From the IMG/VR virus record IMGVR_UViG_3300031911_000001, positions 37,881 to 101,880 of that record: a DNA stretch of 64,000 bases. One strand, given 5' to 3'. Shown piece by piece: positions 42,258 through 51,902 of the stretch. The stretch's first letter is position 1; each line of letters begins with the position of its first letter. The DNA comes from a virus. Taxonomy: Duplodnaviria > Heunggongvirae > Uroviricota > Caudoviricetes. The position numbers and the translations under genes are program-made. The notes beneath the pieces are model-generated. The model saw only the letters and a list, made by a program, of their open reading frames with translations, had not been told where the DNA came from and did no database searches.

Positions 42258-44351
42258 ATGGCAGACGAAAATAACAAGCCGCAAGGCTCACCGACACGTA
42301 AGACGATTGCGCCTCAACCTCATTCCAATGAGCGGAAGACGCCTACCGAGTCTACACTTGAATTGATCTCGAAGCGAATCAAGGAACAGAACGAGCACAG
42401 CAACGGAGACACGAAGGAACTGGTCGATACGATCAAGAAGTCCCTGTCGACGATCATTGTCGATCTCAAGTCAGAGAACAAGCTGGTCCGCCGCCAGAAC
42501 CTCTTTGCCTTGAAGGAGACCCGTGCTCAGATCATGACGCTGGAAGAAGGCATCTTCACTGACAAGCAAGTCGTGATTGATGGGATCGATGCTGTTGTGC
42601 AAGCGGCAGAACATAACACGACTTCTCTCACAGCACTGACCGAGAAGCTGGACAAGAGCCTGTTCAAGAATTTGATGAAGAGCCTGCCGACGGCCAAGGG
42701 CTTCGTCAACGCATTCATCAAGAACTCGAACCCACTGCTTCAGGTAGCAGTCAACATCGTCGATGACGTCGCCAATCTGGTGTCTGCCTCCAAGAAGGAA
42801 GCCGAGGACGCCCGCAAGAAGGACATTGACGCAAAGGCCAAGCAACTCGACTCCATCAAGGCCGTGGCTGCTGCCTCCAAGAAGACTGCCGACCAGACGA
42901 CAGAGCTCGTCAAAACCGAAGTCAAGGAACGTAAGAAGTACACACGCAAGGGTGAAGGCCCGGTGGTGTCCCGTCTCGAGAAGCTGAAGGGCTCTACCGA
43001 CATCCAAACCCGCCTGCTTCAAGCCATCTACGAAGACCTGAGCGGCAAGAAGTTCGACGTCGAGGAACTGATCCGTCAGGACTCGGAGATGCTCAAGGAG
43101 TTCGTCGAAGGTGTCAAGGAAGGCATTGCTCAGGAAGGCAAGGCCAAGGGTGCAGACCCAGAGCTGGTCCGTGGGTTGATCGAAGGCGTCCACGAGGAAG
43201 CTGCCCCACTGGTCAAAGCCATGCAGGACCAGGAAGCAGAGCTCAAGAAGGTCAACACCAACCTGAAGGCCCAGACAGAACTGCAGAAGAAGGCAGACGC
43301 CGACCGCCGTGACAACGAGTTCAAGGAGAAGACTCCTGAGCCGGTACAGTCAGGCCAGACCAAAGCGGGCTCGATGTTCAAGAAGGAAAAGAGCTTCCTG
43401 GAAAACATGATCGGTGGCATCGCAGGTGCCGTCGGAAGTCTGTTCGCATCCGTAGGCAAGATGTTCACTGGAGCCTTCGGGACCGTGGGTCGCTCTGTCC
43501 TCGGGATCGTGACAAAGGCTGGTGCGTTCCTCAAGCTCATCGGTAAGGCAAGCGGTATCTTCACCATCATCTTGGCGGTGTTCGACTTCCTGAGCGGATT
43601 CAATAACGCAGACAAAATACTTGGCAAGGCCGAGGGTGCGCTCACGCTGTGGGACAAGGTCAGTGCCGGCCTCGGCATGGTCGTAGAAGGGTTTGCGAGC
43701 CTGTTCGACTTCCTCGGCGGTTTCGTCGGGATCAACCGTGGATGGTCCAAGGGCATTGCCGAGAAGGTAGGCAAGTTCCTATCAAACATCGGTGAGACCG
43801 TGACCGCCCTGTTCAATGACGTGTGGAGCTCTATCCAAACCGGTTGGGATACTGTCCGCTCTACGATCAGCGAGATCATCGATCCGAAGTTCTGGAAGCA
43901 AAAAGCGGAGAACGCTCTTAGCTTTGTAAGCGATATCAGCGACGTGATCCTAGACTTCGTCAAGGGCATCATCCGCTTCCACCTGAAGTTCCTCCCGAGC
44001 TCGGTCGTACCTGACTGGTTGGAGAAGGCATTGGAGCCCACCAGCAAGGGGGCGAAAGCGCCTACAGGTGGCTCTTCTCTAGAACCTGCACCTACGGGTG
44101 CAAAAGAGACTCTGTCGCCTTCAGGCGAGGCTCAGCCACCTACAGAAAAGCGTGGCTTTGCCGAGCAATATGAAAAGGCAGATCAGGAGATTGAGATGCT
44201 CAGGAAGAAGTCAGAGGCAGCGAAAGTGCCTTCGATGAACCAGCAATCGAACAATACGGTCAACGCCAACACGACGAACTACTACCCTTCACCGTTGAAG
44301 ACACGCAACGATGATGACAGTATCAGAGGTGTCAATTTCAACTGGGGATAG
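42258..44351 (+). CDS. putative tail tape-measure / baseplate hub protein (gp29-like)
   Basis: 697 aa. N-terminal coiled-coil-rich region, central glycine-rich hydrophobic segment GGIAGAVGSLFASVGKMFTGAFGTVGRSVLGIV..., C-terminal extension. Confidence 0.45.
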   Translation: MADENNKPQGSPTRKTIAPQPHSNERKTPTESTLELISKRIKEQNEHSNGDTKELVDTIKKSLSTIIVDLKSENKLVRRQNLFALKETRAQIMTLEEGIFTDKQVVIDGIDAVVQAAEHNTTSLTALTEKLDKSLFKNLMKSLPTAKGFVNAFIKNSNPLLQVAVNIVDDVANLVSASKKEAEDARKKDIDAKAKQLDSIKAVAAASKKTADQTTELVKTEVKERKKYTRKGEGPVVSRLEKLKGSTDIQTRLLQAIYEDLSGKKFDVEELIRQDSEMLKEFVEGVKEGIAQEGKAKGADPELVRGLIEGVHEEAAPLVKAMQDQEAELKKVNTNLKAQTELQKKADADRRDNEFKEKTPEPVQSGQTKAGSMFKKEKSFLENMIGGIAGAVGSLFASVGKMFTGAFGTVGRSVLGIVTKAGAFLKLIGKASGIFTIILAVFDFLSGFNNADKILGKAEGALTLWDKVSAGLGMVVEGFASLFDFLGGFVGINRGWSKGIAEKVGKFLSNIGETVTALFNDVWSSIQTGWDTVRSTISEIIDPKFWKQKAENALSFVSDISDVILDFVKGIIRFHLKFLPSSVVPDWLEKALEPTSKGAKAPTGGSSLEPAPTGAKETLSPSGEAQPPTEKRGFAEQYEKADQEIEMLRKKSEAAKVPSMNQQSNNTVNANTTNYYPSPLKTRNDDDSIRGVNFNWG

Positions 44352-44353
44352 CA

Positions 44354-44608
44354 TCACTTGCTGTCCTCAAGGTCGTCCCAAACTGAGGGCGGCTCACGGT
44401 GAGCGACGACCCTCGGGACGTTATCTGCAAGAGCGCCGCTGACGATCAAAACGTCGCGGCCGTTCTTTTGCCAGCCCTTCTGCTGTGCTGAATGAACACG
44501 ACTCCCAAAGAGCGCACGCTCAAGCAGAACCTGAAAGACTCCGGGGCGCTTGGGCTTACCGGGCTTCCAATCGGGTTGAAGTGGTTTGTGCTCCACTGGA
44601 TCCAACAT
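44354..44608 (-). CDS. hypothetical protein (84 aa)
   Basis: ORF convergent with 42258..44351. Confidence 0.45.
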   Translation of the reverse strand: MLDPVEHKPLQPDWKPGKPKRPGVFQVLLERALFGSRVHSAQQKGWQKNGRDVLIVSGALADNVPRVVAHREPPSVWDDLEDSK

Positions 44609-44641
44609 GATTGCACCAAAACGGTAGTTGATTTACGATTC

Positions 44642-45298
44642 TTATGGTAACGAATCCGAAGTAATTACGCAAACAGTTTGTAGTAATTTCGTAAACATCT
44701 CCCGTGTAAGACTTCCTACATCCTCACCGTAAGGAAGGAAGATGCTCGTCCTCGTAGAATACTTCGCTAGTGACATTGATGCCTTGTCACCCTGAACGCA
44801 AGCAATGAACTCGAATGGCATGATGCCCAGCCACTGCTCAAGGTGAGCCGGATCATTGCCCAGAACCGAGAGGGCTTGGAGCCCGTACCAATGAAGACGG
44901 CTGGCATCGAAGATTCCCTCGCAAAGGAACACCGGCTTGGTCCGGTCGACAAGGGTTTCTAAGCCCCACACGGCAAGTTCTTTGGTTGCCCCGTACTTGG
45001 ACACATGCGTGTAGTAACGCATTTCCTTCGGGTTCTCCTTGCGTTCCTTACCCCTTAGCGGTGAGTACTGCTGATACCCGACCATCTTCCCCGACAGATT
45101 CCACAGGGGAACCGTCAGGATGAAGTCCTTCTCATTCAGTGTTACCGAAGGGTAGATCGCGGGGTTGAAGAACCGGCTCAGTAGATGGTTCAGAAGGGTC
45201 ATCGTGTGACCAGCCGCAACCGTCACATGACCAACCGGAGACCCAGCGAGTTCCGACGATGGTGGCAAAGGGGTGCATTGCAATGTCGCATTCTTCAC
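44642..45298 (-). CDS. hypothetical protein (218 aa), possible Toprim-like domain
   Basis: VFLCEGIFDASRL resembles the primase Toprim E-G-x-x-D motif (weak). Confidence 0.5.
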   Translation of the reverse strand: MKNATLQCTPLPPSSELAGSPVGHVTVAAGHTMTLLNHLLSRFFNPAIYPSVTLNEKDFILTVPLWNLSGKMVGYQQYSPLRGKERKENPKEMRYYTHVSKYGATKELAVWGLETLVDRTKPVFLCEGIFDASRLHWYGLQALSVLGNDPAHLEQWLGIMPFEFIACVQGDKASMSLAKYSTRTSIFLPYGEDVGSLTREMFTKLLQTVCVITSDSLP

Positions 45299-45313
45299 AG
45301 ATAGGTCTTTCAG

Positions 45314-45703
45314 TCATGAGTTATCCACGAAATTGAAGTGCTTGAAGGCCATGCGCTCTTGAGCCGTTGGTTTGAAGCCCTTGCCGACGTAGATGTTGTG
45401 ATGTGAGACACTGCTGAGCCAGAAGCCCATGTGCTCGTTGACGTATCCCTCGTCAATCCCGTCGTAGTCCTTGCCCTTGCGCAGCAGGTAAATCCACGTG
45501 GCGGTGATCTCGTGATAGCACTTGATCTCCAGCAAAGTTTCGGTCGGACGGTCGTAGAGCCAGTGCGAGTCGGCAATGATTTCCCGGGCCAAGGGTGTGC
45601 CCAGCTTGTGGCCCTTTTGCCAGCCGAGGTACTCGACCAGCTGCATCTTCTTGAATCCGTCGGGGAATTGATCGACCCAAGGGTCTGGCCAGTTTGTGCT
45701 CAT
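45314..45703 (-). CDS. hypothetical protein (129 aa)
   Basis: Start MSTNWPDPWV with RBS aagggga. Track ORF 45314..45742. Confidence 0.55.
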   Translation of the reverse strand: MSTNWPDPWVDQFPDGFKKMQLVEYLGWQKGHKLGTPLAREIIADSHWLYDRPTETLLEIKCYHEITATWIYLLRKGKDYDGIDEGYVNEHMGFWLSSVSHHNIYVGKGFKPTAQERMAFKHFNFVDNS

Positions 45704-45714
45704 TTCGTTTCCCC

Positions 45715-45933
45715 TTACCAGTAGCGGCCCTTGGCGATGCATTTATCGAGCTTGTCCTTGTAATTCCGCATGTGGACAAGGTCGTCCTCCGTGATTCCTT
45801 CCTTGGCGCCACCGGCAATGGTCACAGCCAGAGCGTTACTGCTGTAGACAAAGTTGAACTTTGCATTGACTTTGGAGGCGCCTTCTTCGAGGGCAATCTT
45901 TTCGGCTTCTTTTGCGGTAAGGGTTTTGGGCAT
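45715..45933 (-). CDS. small early protein (72 aa)
   Basis: MPKTLTAKEAEKIALEEG... ATG follows the conserved leader. Track ORF extended by read-through of the leader. Confidence 0.6.
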   Translation of the reverse strand: MPKTLTAKEAEKIALEEGASKVNAKFNFVYSSNALAVTIAGGAKEGITEDDLVHMRNYKDKLDKCIAKGRYW

Positions 45934-45992
45934 TTCACTTCTCCAAGTGGGTTTCGTTGTCCCAATTATACATGCGGGGGTGAGGCCGTCAA
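45931..45992 (-). promoter_or_regulatory. conserved early promoter + leader, copy 6 (TTGACG-N16-TATAAT...CCACTTGGAGAAGTGAAATG)
   Basis: Reverse-complement of 45931-45992. Confidence 0.7.
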
Positions 45993-46004
45993 CATAAATA
46001 TGAT

Positions 46005-46508
46005 ATGGCCTCAAGATATCTTCAAGGGAAGTACAATCCCTCGTACCCAAACAAATACCGTGGCGATCTCAAAGACATTGTCTTCCGGTCGTCGTGGGAA
46101 CTCGTTGCGTTCAAGTTCTGTGATTTTGCACCGGACGTAATCGCATGGTCATCTGAAGGTGTTGTCATTCCCTACCGGGGAGTCGATGGCCGCATGCACC
46201 GCTACTTCGTTGATCTCTGGATCATGTGTAGGCAGGGCGATGGTACGACCAAGAAGTTCCTCGTCGAGATCAAGCCAGCCTCAAAGAAGCTGCCACCTCG
46301 TAAGGGGATCACCAAGCGGGATGACGTCTTCCTACGTGAAGTCATTGAGTATCAGACCAACCAGCTGAAGTGGGAGGCCGCAGAGGCCTACTGCAAGAAG
46401 AATGATTGGGGCTGGATCATCTGGACCGAGGAACAGTTGCTGCCCCCGCTGCAGAAGTTCAAGGCGTCCAGACCAAAGAAGCTGGCGCCTCGTAGGGTCA
46501 AACGTTGA
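46005..46508 (+). CDS. hypothetical protein (167 aa)
   Basis: Plus-strand ORF divergent from the 45933 gene. Confidence 0.55.
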   Translation: MASRYLQGKYNPSYPNKYRGDLKDIVFRSSWELVAFKFCDFAPDVIAWSSEGVVIPYRGVDGRMHRYFVDLWIMCRQGDGTTKKFLVEIKPASKKLPPRKGITKRDDVFLREVIEYQTNQLKWEAAEAYCKKNDWGWIIWTEEQLLPPLQKFKASRPKKLAPRRVKR

Positions 46509-46989
46509 CCTTGATGATCTCTGTACGGAAGATCGCGTCCTTCTTGAGCAACACCTCATTGGCTGCCCTGAAGTAAGCCTTCTTCTCGTCGGTCAGGTCT
46601 GGGAAGTTCTTCTCGGCCCCACGGCTGTCGAACATGACCTGTGAGCCATCACACATGATCTTGTAGACGAAACCGACTTTGCGGCCACCGGCATAGCCTT
46701 CGGCAACCGCTCGGTCAAGGCTCGTATGGATGCAGATCGGGGCATCCTGTGGACGCTCAAACTTTACTGGGCATGGTTGCCCGAGTCGTATGTCCTCGTC
46801 AGGCAGATTGTCAAGTGACAGACCCCGGAAGAGCACATAAGGACCACTCTTTGCTGTCGCACGAAGGAACGACATGGTGGCACGATCAGGTTGAACACCC
46901 AGTCGAGAGCTTTGCGTGATGTTGTCAAGAAACTGGATAGCTTTTTCATAGGCATCCTGAAATTGTTCAGAAAAGAGGTGCATGTTCAC
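46498..46989 (-). CDS. hypothetical protein (163 aa)
   Basis: ORF. Confidence 0.55.
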   Translation of the reverse strand: MNMHLFSEQFQDAYEKAIQFLDNITQSSRLGVQPDRATMSFLRATAKSGPYVLFRGLSLDNLPDEDIRLGQPCPVKFERPQDAPICIHTSLDRAVAEGYAGGRKVGFVYKIMCDGSQVMFDSRGAEKNFPDLTDEKKAYFRAANEVLLKKDAIFRTEIIKVNV

Positions 46990-47276
46990 TTTTTGTTCCG
47001 CTGACGTTCTTTTTCTACCAGTTCGTTATAGAACTCGTTCCACCCCTTGACTTTAACACCACACAGGATCAACTCTTGATTGTTGGCGGTGCCGGCCCTC
47101 AGGGCGTCAGTCTTTGTTGCCTTTAGCGGGTCGCCCGGAATCTGCTCCGGTTCCTTGCACTCCACTGTCAAGTTTGCAGGCGCCGTCGGCAATTGGTTCA
47201 CCCCGGGCGGACGCATTGAAAAGGCACACCCACTCAGCGCCAATAGGACTGTCAGCGTCAGGATTAGTTTTTTCAT
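46986..47276 (-). CDS. o-spanin (outer-membrane lipoprotein, Rz1-like), overlapping the i-spanin 3' end in another frame
   Basis: MKKLILTLTVLLALSGCAF lipobox. 96 aa. Its 5' 170 nt lie inside the 47107..47544 gene. Confidence 0.6.
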   Translation of the reverse strand: MKKLILTLTVLLALSGCAFSMRPPGVNQLPTAPANLTVECKEPEQIPGDPLKATKTDALRAGTANNQELILCGVKVKGWNEFYNELVEKERQRNKK

Positions 47277-47544
47277 ATTGACCTACTTGTCTATCAATCT
47301 TCTTGAACGTTTGTCGGACTTCTTCCTGTTTGGCCTCGACCTTTTTACCGGTGCTGTCCGCTACACCTTGATTCTCATCCTTGCTCTCGACCTCTTCGAC
47401 GATGGCCTCGACGACCTTCTTGGCCTCTTGCCCATCACGGTATTGGTAGCCGGTGTAGACACCGCTTGCAAAGACGACTGCTGCGATGCCTGCATACATG
47501 AGGAGCTTACGCCACCCGTTTACGATCCAATCAATGATTCCCAT
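47107..47544 (-). CDS. i-spanin (Rz-like; N-terminal TM + charged coiled-coil periplasmic domain)
   Basis: MGIIDWIVNGWRKLLMYAGIAAVVFASGVYTGY TM followed by E/K-rich helix. Confidence 0.6.
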   Translation of the reverse strand: MGIIDWIVNGWRKLLMYAGIAAVVFASGVYTGYQYRDGQEAKKVVEAIVEEVESKDENQGVADSTGKKVEAKQEEVRQTFKKIDRQVGQYEKTNPDADSPIGAEWVCLFNASARGEPIADGACKLDSGVQGTGADSGRPAKGNKD

Positions 47545-47545
47545 A

Positions 47546-48475
47546 TCAACTCCTGTTCAACGTATTGAGGATGTCATCGACATAGCCGGTAAGGGCACCA
47601 TGCTCGAATGACGAGAACGTTTCAATGGTATCTAGTTGCCTCAAGACGCCACGGAACAAGACCTCTGCCGCCCGTGGGCTCATGCCCTGCTGTACCTGTT
47701 CCTTAATGGCCTCGATGTTTCTGAAAGCATCGACGGCACCAACCGACATACCGGATGTGTCCGGGAACAGGGGCAGGGTCAGTGTGAACTCACCGAGCGG
47801 CTGGAGTGGAATCCCGTTGAAGCTGTAGGAGTCGACTCGCTGGCTTCTAATTAGACCAAACTCGTCTTCAAGTCTCTTCGGTTTGGTGAAGTGAAAGGAG
47901 GCCGCAAAGGTCTGGTATTGATTGACGACACTGCGGTCCAGAGTCAGGGGATTGACTGCAGACGGGTAGGCCTCAATCAGCTTGTAGGTGTAGACGACTT
48001 GATCGGCCTCATTGAGAACCTCTACCAGAATGTCTACGACGTAGTCATCGAAGTACGCAACCGTGTGGTCCTTGTTGAAGATGGCCCCGATCCATGCATC
48101 GAATACCTTACGCTCGATCATGTTGCCAGACGACATGAAGGTGCATTCAAAGTCGCTGTAGGACTTGTCAAACGGCATTTTGCGGGTGCTATTCTGGTGC
48201 ACCATGTCTTGGGTGTTGACTGTCGTTCCGGGCAGCGTAACGGCCTGTGCCATGATCGAGAGGGCATAGCTCCCGACCGATGGACTGAACAGTTTGTTCG
48301 CAGTCTCATTGAAACCCTGACGGACGACCATCGAGTCAAGACCCAGTGCCGTTCCGAGCTCTTGGCTCATACGGTCGATGACGACACTTGGCAGATTCAT
48401 CGTCAGGCGGAAACGATTCAGCCTGGCAATGCCGTTGCCCTTGACAAATGCGATGAACTCGTAGACGGATGACAT
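47546..48475 (-). CDS. hypothetical protein (309 aa)
   Basis: Track ORF 47546..48733. Start moved to Met87 (48475) to avoid a 224-nt overlap with the divergent 48510 gene. Confidence 0.5.
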   Translation of the reverse strand: MSSVYEFIAFVKGNGIARLNRFRLTMNLPSVVIDRMSQELGTALGLDSMVVRQGFNETANKLFSPSVGSYALSIMAQAVTLPGTTVNTQDMVHQNSTRKMPFDKSYSDFECTFMSSGNMIERKVFDAWIGAIFNKDHTVAYFDDYVVDILVEVLNEADQVVYTYKLIEAYPSAVNPLTLDRSVVNQYQTFAASFHFTKPKRLEDEFGLIRSQRVDSYSFNGIPLQPLGEFTLTLPLFPDTSGMSVGAVDAFRNIEAIKEQVQQGMSPRAAEVLFRGVLRQLDTIETFSSFEHGALTGYVDDILNTLNRS

Positions 48476-48509
48476 GTGTTTAAGTACCTGAGTAGACCCT
48501 CTATTTACC

Positions 48510-49256
48510 ATGGCAACGACCCCTCCATCAAAGAAACCCAAAGTCCCGGTGAAGAAGCCGACCGACTTCAATGACGAAACATTCGTCAGTCCTGCTGTCG
48601 TCCAGCGTTTCAAGGAGAAGTTCTGGAAGGTGTACCCGCGGGATGCAGACCGTCTCTCGGAAGAATCCTTGAACTGGTTCCGTACTCGGGTCGTCAAGGA
48701 CATCAAGGTCAAACAGTCATCCATCCTGGACACGAACCTGTACGGGAAGAAGTCGGGGACCGAGAAGAATCAGCTGGTCGGGAAGCTCTACTTCTACGAG
48801 TATGCGGCCGAGATGGCCGGTGACTCTGAGCACGGCATCTATGACCGTTACCCGCTCTGCTTCTTCTTCAATGCAGGTAAGAGCAAGTCCGGGAAGACGA
48901 TGCTCTGGGGCCTGAATCTCCACTACTTGGCCCCCAAGGAGCGGATGATCCTGTTGATGAATCTGCTCCAACTGAGAAGCTCCAAGGCAACCCGCCCCGG
49001 GATGCGTCTGAAGCTCTCGTGGGACATGATCAAGGCGGTGTCAAAGCACAACCTGTACGACAAGGCTGTGCATAGCTACCGGGTTGATCGTATTCAATCT
49101 CGACTGATCGAGATTCCCGCCGTTGACTGGTCGGTCGTCGTGTTCCTGCAACTGCAGAAGTGGACTGCTATCGATCCGAACAATCAACTGTACCCAAGTG
49201 ACTACCGCAACATCACCCGTAAACGCACACGGGATCACATGAGGAAGAACAAATGA
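48510..49256 (+). CDS. hypothetical protein (248 aa)
   Basis: Plus-strand ORF immediately followed (ATGA) by the endolysin. Confidence 0.55.
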   Translation: MATTPPSKKPKVPVKKPTDFNDETFVSPAVVQRFKEKFWKVYPRDADRLSEESLNWFRTRVVKDIKVKQSSILDTNLYGKKSGTEKNQLVGKLYFYEYAAEMAGDSEHGIYDRYPLCFFFNAGKSKSGKTMLWGLNLHYLAPKERMILLMNLLQLRSSKATRPGMRLKLSWDMIKAVSKHNLYDKAVHSYRVDRIQSRLIEIPAVDWSVVVFLQLQKWTAIDPNNQLYPSDYRNITRKRTRDHMRKNK

Positions 49257-49864
49257 ACATCACTGCTGAACAACTAGCAAAGATCATGGGGTCCAGCGTG
49301 GCCGCCATGTCCCAATGGGTCGGGCCTCTGAATCAGGCTCTGCCCCTTTTCAAGATCGACACCAAGGAGCGTCTCGCGATGTTCTTGGCTCAGGTCGGAC
49401 ACGAGTCTGCACACATGACCGTGACGAAGGAAAACCTGAACTATGGCGTCGATGGTCTGCTCAAGACGTTCCCGAAGTATTTCAAGGGTGCTGCAGTCGC
49501 TGCTCAGTATGCCCGCAAGCCACAGGCAATTGCCTCACGCGTCTATGCCAACCGCATGGACAATGGGGACGAGGCGTCTGGTGACGGTTGGAAGTACCGT
49601 GGTCGTGGGCTGATTCAGGTCACCGGCAAGCGGAACTACACTGCCTGCGGTGAGGCTCTGGGGCTAGACCTCGTCAATCAGCCCGAGCTGCTGGAGTCAT
49701 GCTTCAACGCTGTACTGTCCGCAGGATGGTACTGGGACACGAATGGACTGAACGCCCTCGCTGACGCAAGAGACGTTCAAGGTGCTACCCGCCGTATCAA
49801 CGGGGGGCTGCATGGTCTGGCTGAACGGCAAGCACTCTACGCAAAAGCGCTTGCCGTTCTTTGA
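49253..49864 (+). CDS. endolysin, glycoside hydrolase family 19 (chitinase-like lysozyme)
   Basis: FLAQVGHES...YRGRGLIQVTGKRNY matches GH19 catalytic motifs. Confidence 0.8.
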   Translation: MNITAEQLAKIMGSSVAAMSQWVGPLNQALPLFKIDTKERLAMFLAQVGHESAHMTVTKENLNYGVDGLLKTFPKYFKGAAVAAQYARKPQAIASRVYANRMDNGDEASGDGWKYRGRGLIQVTGKRNYTACGEALGLDLVNQPELLESCFNAVLSAGWYWDTNGLNALADARDVQGATRRINGGLHGLAERQALYAKALAVL

Positions 49865-50048
49865 GGACCTTTTTCGATTCCAGCCAATGGTGGACGGTGA
49901 TCTCGATGTTTGCGTAGAGGAATAGCAGGATCGAGCCTGCACCAATGAACGTCAGGACGAGACCACCGAAGTGAGGAAAGCCAATCATCATGCCCACGAG
50001 CGTGATGAGGCCAATCAGGATAGCCACAGACAGGATTCTGGTTTTCAT
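49797..50048 (-). CDS. small membrane protein (holin candidate)
   Basis: Two hydrophobic helices (ILSVAILIGLITLVGMMIGF...LTFIGAGSILLFLYA). C-terminal codons overlap the endolysin 3' end on the opposite strand. Confidence 0.4.
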   Translation of the reverse strand: MKTRILSVAILIGLITLVGMMIGFPHFGGLVLTFIGAGSILLFLYANIEITVHHWLESKKVLKERQALLRRVLAVQPDHAAPR

Positions 50049-50278
50049 TTCGGTTCCTTCACGAAGACCGTGTATTGACCGGGGCGGTCAAAAGAGAACT
50101 CCTGTCCTCCGACACTCACCGTCTTCATGTTGGTGATTATAGTGTAGGAAGTGCCACCCTGTGACGTCTCTGAAGAGATTATCTTGAGGGTAGGCAACAC
50201 CGTAATGCCGACGCCGAAGGTTGCGGCCTGTGCTCCCATGGCTGAAGCAAGGAGCAGGGAAACAAGAAGGTGTTTCAT
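50045..50278 (-). CDS. small secreted protein with signal peptide
   Basis: Start MKHLLVSLLLASAMGAQAA. Track ORF 50045..50308. Confidence 0.5.
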   Translation of the reverse strand: MKHLLVSLLLASAMGAQAATFGVGITVLPTLKIISSETSQGGTSYTIITNMKTVSVGGQEFSFDRPGQYTVFVKEPK

Positions 50279-50643
50279 GGGATTGGATCGGTGTGACGTT
50301 GGCCGCACTTACGGCACATGGGAATCAGCCCTTCTTCAGTCAGAGGCTTGAAGTTTATGTAGCCACAGGGTCGAAGGTTCAGCTCTTGCTGTACCGGCTG
50401 AGAGGGGACTTCCGGATACGCAGTCTGGAACACCCGGGCACAGTCGATCACGCTCTCGACCGGGTAGGACCGTCCATCAGGAGCAATCAGCAACCACTTC
50501 TGCGGGAGCTTTTCCTTGAGCTCTTCGCTGGCCTTGTTGATCGTGGCGAGCAAGTCTTCCAGCGTGATTGATTGACCTCCGGGGTACGAGGTGTATCCGG
50601 TATGCGGACCGAACACGATAGAGCCTAAAGGCATGGATGTCAT
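50275..50643 (-). CDS. hypothetical protein (122 aa)
   Basis: Start moved to Met27. Track ORF 50275..50721. Confidence 0.45.
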   Translation of the reverse strand: MTSMPLGSIVFGPHTGYTSYPGGQSITLEDLLATINKASEELKEKLPQKWLLIAPDGRSYPVESVIDCARVFQTAYPEVPSQPVQQELNLRPCGYINFKPLTEEGLIPMCRKCGQRHTDPIP

Positions 50644-50885
50644 TTGTTCTCCGGAAATTGCATGATGTTGGGATCGAACATCAGGTAAGGAAAGCTGGCA
50701 AGAATGCTGCCGCAATCCCAATCGTGATCAACGAAACCACCATCAAGAGCAATAGTGCCACGGGCTCGTTGTCGTTCTGTTCCATCCTTGTACTCCTTGA
50801 AATAGAGTTCCTTAATCAGGAAGACTGATGTTGGGCGAGACCTTTTGTCTTTCCATATTTGTCCGGTCTTGAATTCTGGGGTCAA
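50640..50885 (-). CDS. hypothetical protein (81 aa)
   Basis: ORF. Overlaps neighbours. Confidence 0.4.
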   Translation of the reverse strand: MTPEFKTGQIWKDKRSRPTSVFLIKELYFKEYKDGTERQRARGTIALDGGFVDHDWDCGSILASFPYLMFDPNIMQFPENK

Positions 50886-51507
50886 CGTAGCCTCTGAATG
50901 TAAGCGAGATTCTCGGTCCGCAGTTGTGCTTGCTGGACTTCGGAATTCGGTGTTGGTGGGTGTCCTGCATCCCCGGTTGCATCAGACACAGACTCCCGTG
51001 ACCAAGGGTCAGCTTGGTCACCTCCACTGACTGCCTGGCAAGCTCTTCGTGTTGCTTTTCATCAAAGAACTCGGCTTGCTTGGCAATGAGCTCGACGTAC
51101 TCTTTTCGAGACCTGAACCAGATTTCACGCTCTTCGCCAAGCGTGACGATAGCGATGGGCCGGTCATCGTCCATTTCGGGGCTGTCATCGGAGTGCCAGC
51201 CGAGTTGGTCTTTTCCGTCCACGTAGCCGTTGAGGAAACATACTTCGAACCGCTCATTGGTGATCTCCTCAAGCAATACCCTGATGCCACGGATGATGAG
51301 AGTCATCGGCTGAGGCCAATACACATGAGCATCTGGCCCCTTGTCGTATACATAGGGTGCCTTGACGTCGTTGCAGTAGTACTCACGACGAGGCTTCCCG
51401 GTCTTCACCCAGTCGAGTTTGTCCCAAAGCTCTTTGAAAGCAATGTCGGCATCCTCCTGGCCAAGCCAGTTAGGGATGTAGTTGATCGGTGGGTAGAATG
51501 GGTTCAT
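50812..51507 (-). CDS. alkB: AlkB-family Fe(II)/2-oxoglutarate dioxygenase (alkylation repair)
   Basis: HSDD...IAIVTLGEEREIWF...HRIP...RISLTFR motifs. Confidence 0.7.
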   Translation of the reverse strand: MNPFYPPINYIPNWLGQEDADIAFKELWDKLDWVKTGKPRREYYCNDVKAPYVYDKGPDAHVYWPQPMTLIIRGIRVLLEEITNERFEVCFLNGYVDGKDQLGWHSDDSPEMDDDRPIAIVTLGEEREIWFRSRKEYVELIAKQAEFFDEKQHEELARQSVEVTKLTLGHGSLCLMQPGMQDTHQHRIPKSSKHNCGPRISLTFRGYVDPRIQDRTNMERQKVSPNISLPD

Positions 51508-51901
51508 GGTCGGTCGGTTCTCCGTTATCCCCGTTGCGGTACAGTGTACCAGAGTTCATGTCGAGTCCTTGGTGTTTTGCCCCATGGCAGAGACCGACAC
51601 AGACATGGTCGTGTGAGTGGCATCCCCAGTTGCGGTTCTTGAGGATTTTCATTTGCATGATCTCTCCTGCGCTGGGCAAGCAACCATAGTCCTGAGCCTT
51701 TGCTGCATGCTCGTTCAGGGGCTCATTGAAGGGGCAGGTTTCGCATGTGCCCTTCAGGCCGCCGTGTACAGGATCGGTAGGCACCAGAAACACCGTATCC
51801 GTCCACGAAAGGGGCTTTCTAGGCAGGTTCGTGACGAGGTGGATGGGGTACTGCTTCGCAAGCTCCCGCACGGTCTGGTAGAGTTCTTCGTCGAGGAGCA
51901 T
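51470..51901 (-). CDS. Cys/His-rich hypothetical protein (143 aa)
   Basis: Start MLLDEELYQ (Met71 of track ORF 51470..52111). CETCPF...CHSHDHVCVGLCHG. Confidence 0.45.
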   Translation of the reverse strand: MLLDEELYQTVRELAKQYPIHLVTNLPRKPLSWTDTVFLVPTDPVHGGLKGTCETCPFNEPLNEHAAKAQDYGCLPSAGEIMQMKILKNRNWGCHSHDHVCVGLCHGAKHQGLDMNSGTLYRNGDNGEPTDHEPILPTDQLHP

Positions 51902-51902
51902 T

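Noticed and set aside
39513-44351. Confident naming of gp48/gp54, gp28, gp27, gp29
   Set aside because: Assignments rest on protein sizes, gene order and general sequence character only. I could not see diagnostic motifs, so they are reported as low-confidence structural proteins.
47546-48733. Full-length 395-aa version of the minus-strand gene
   Set aside because: It would overlap the divergent, well-formed plus-strand gene 48510..49256 by 224 nt. The internal Met (48475) was chosen instead.
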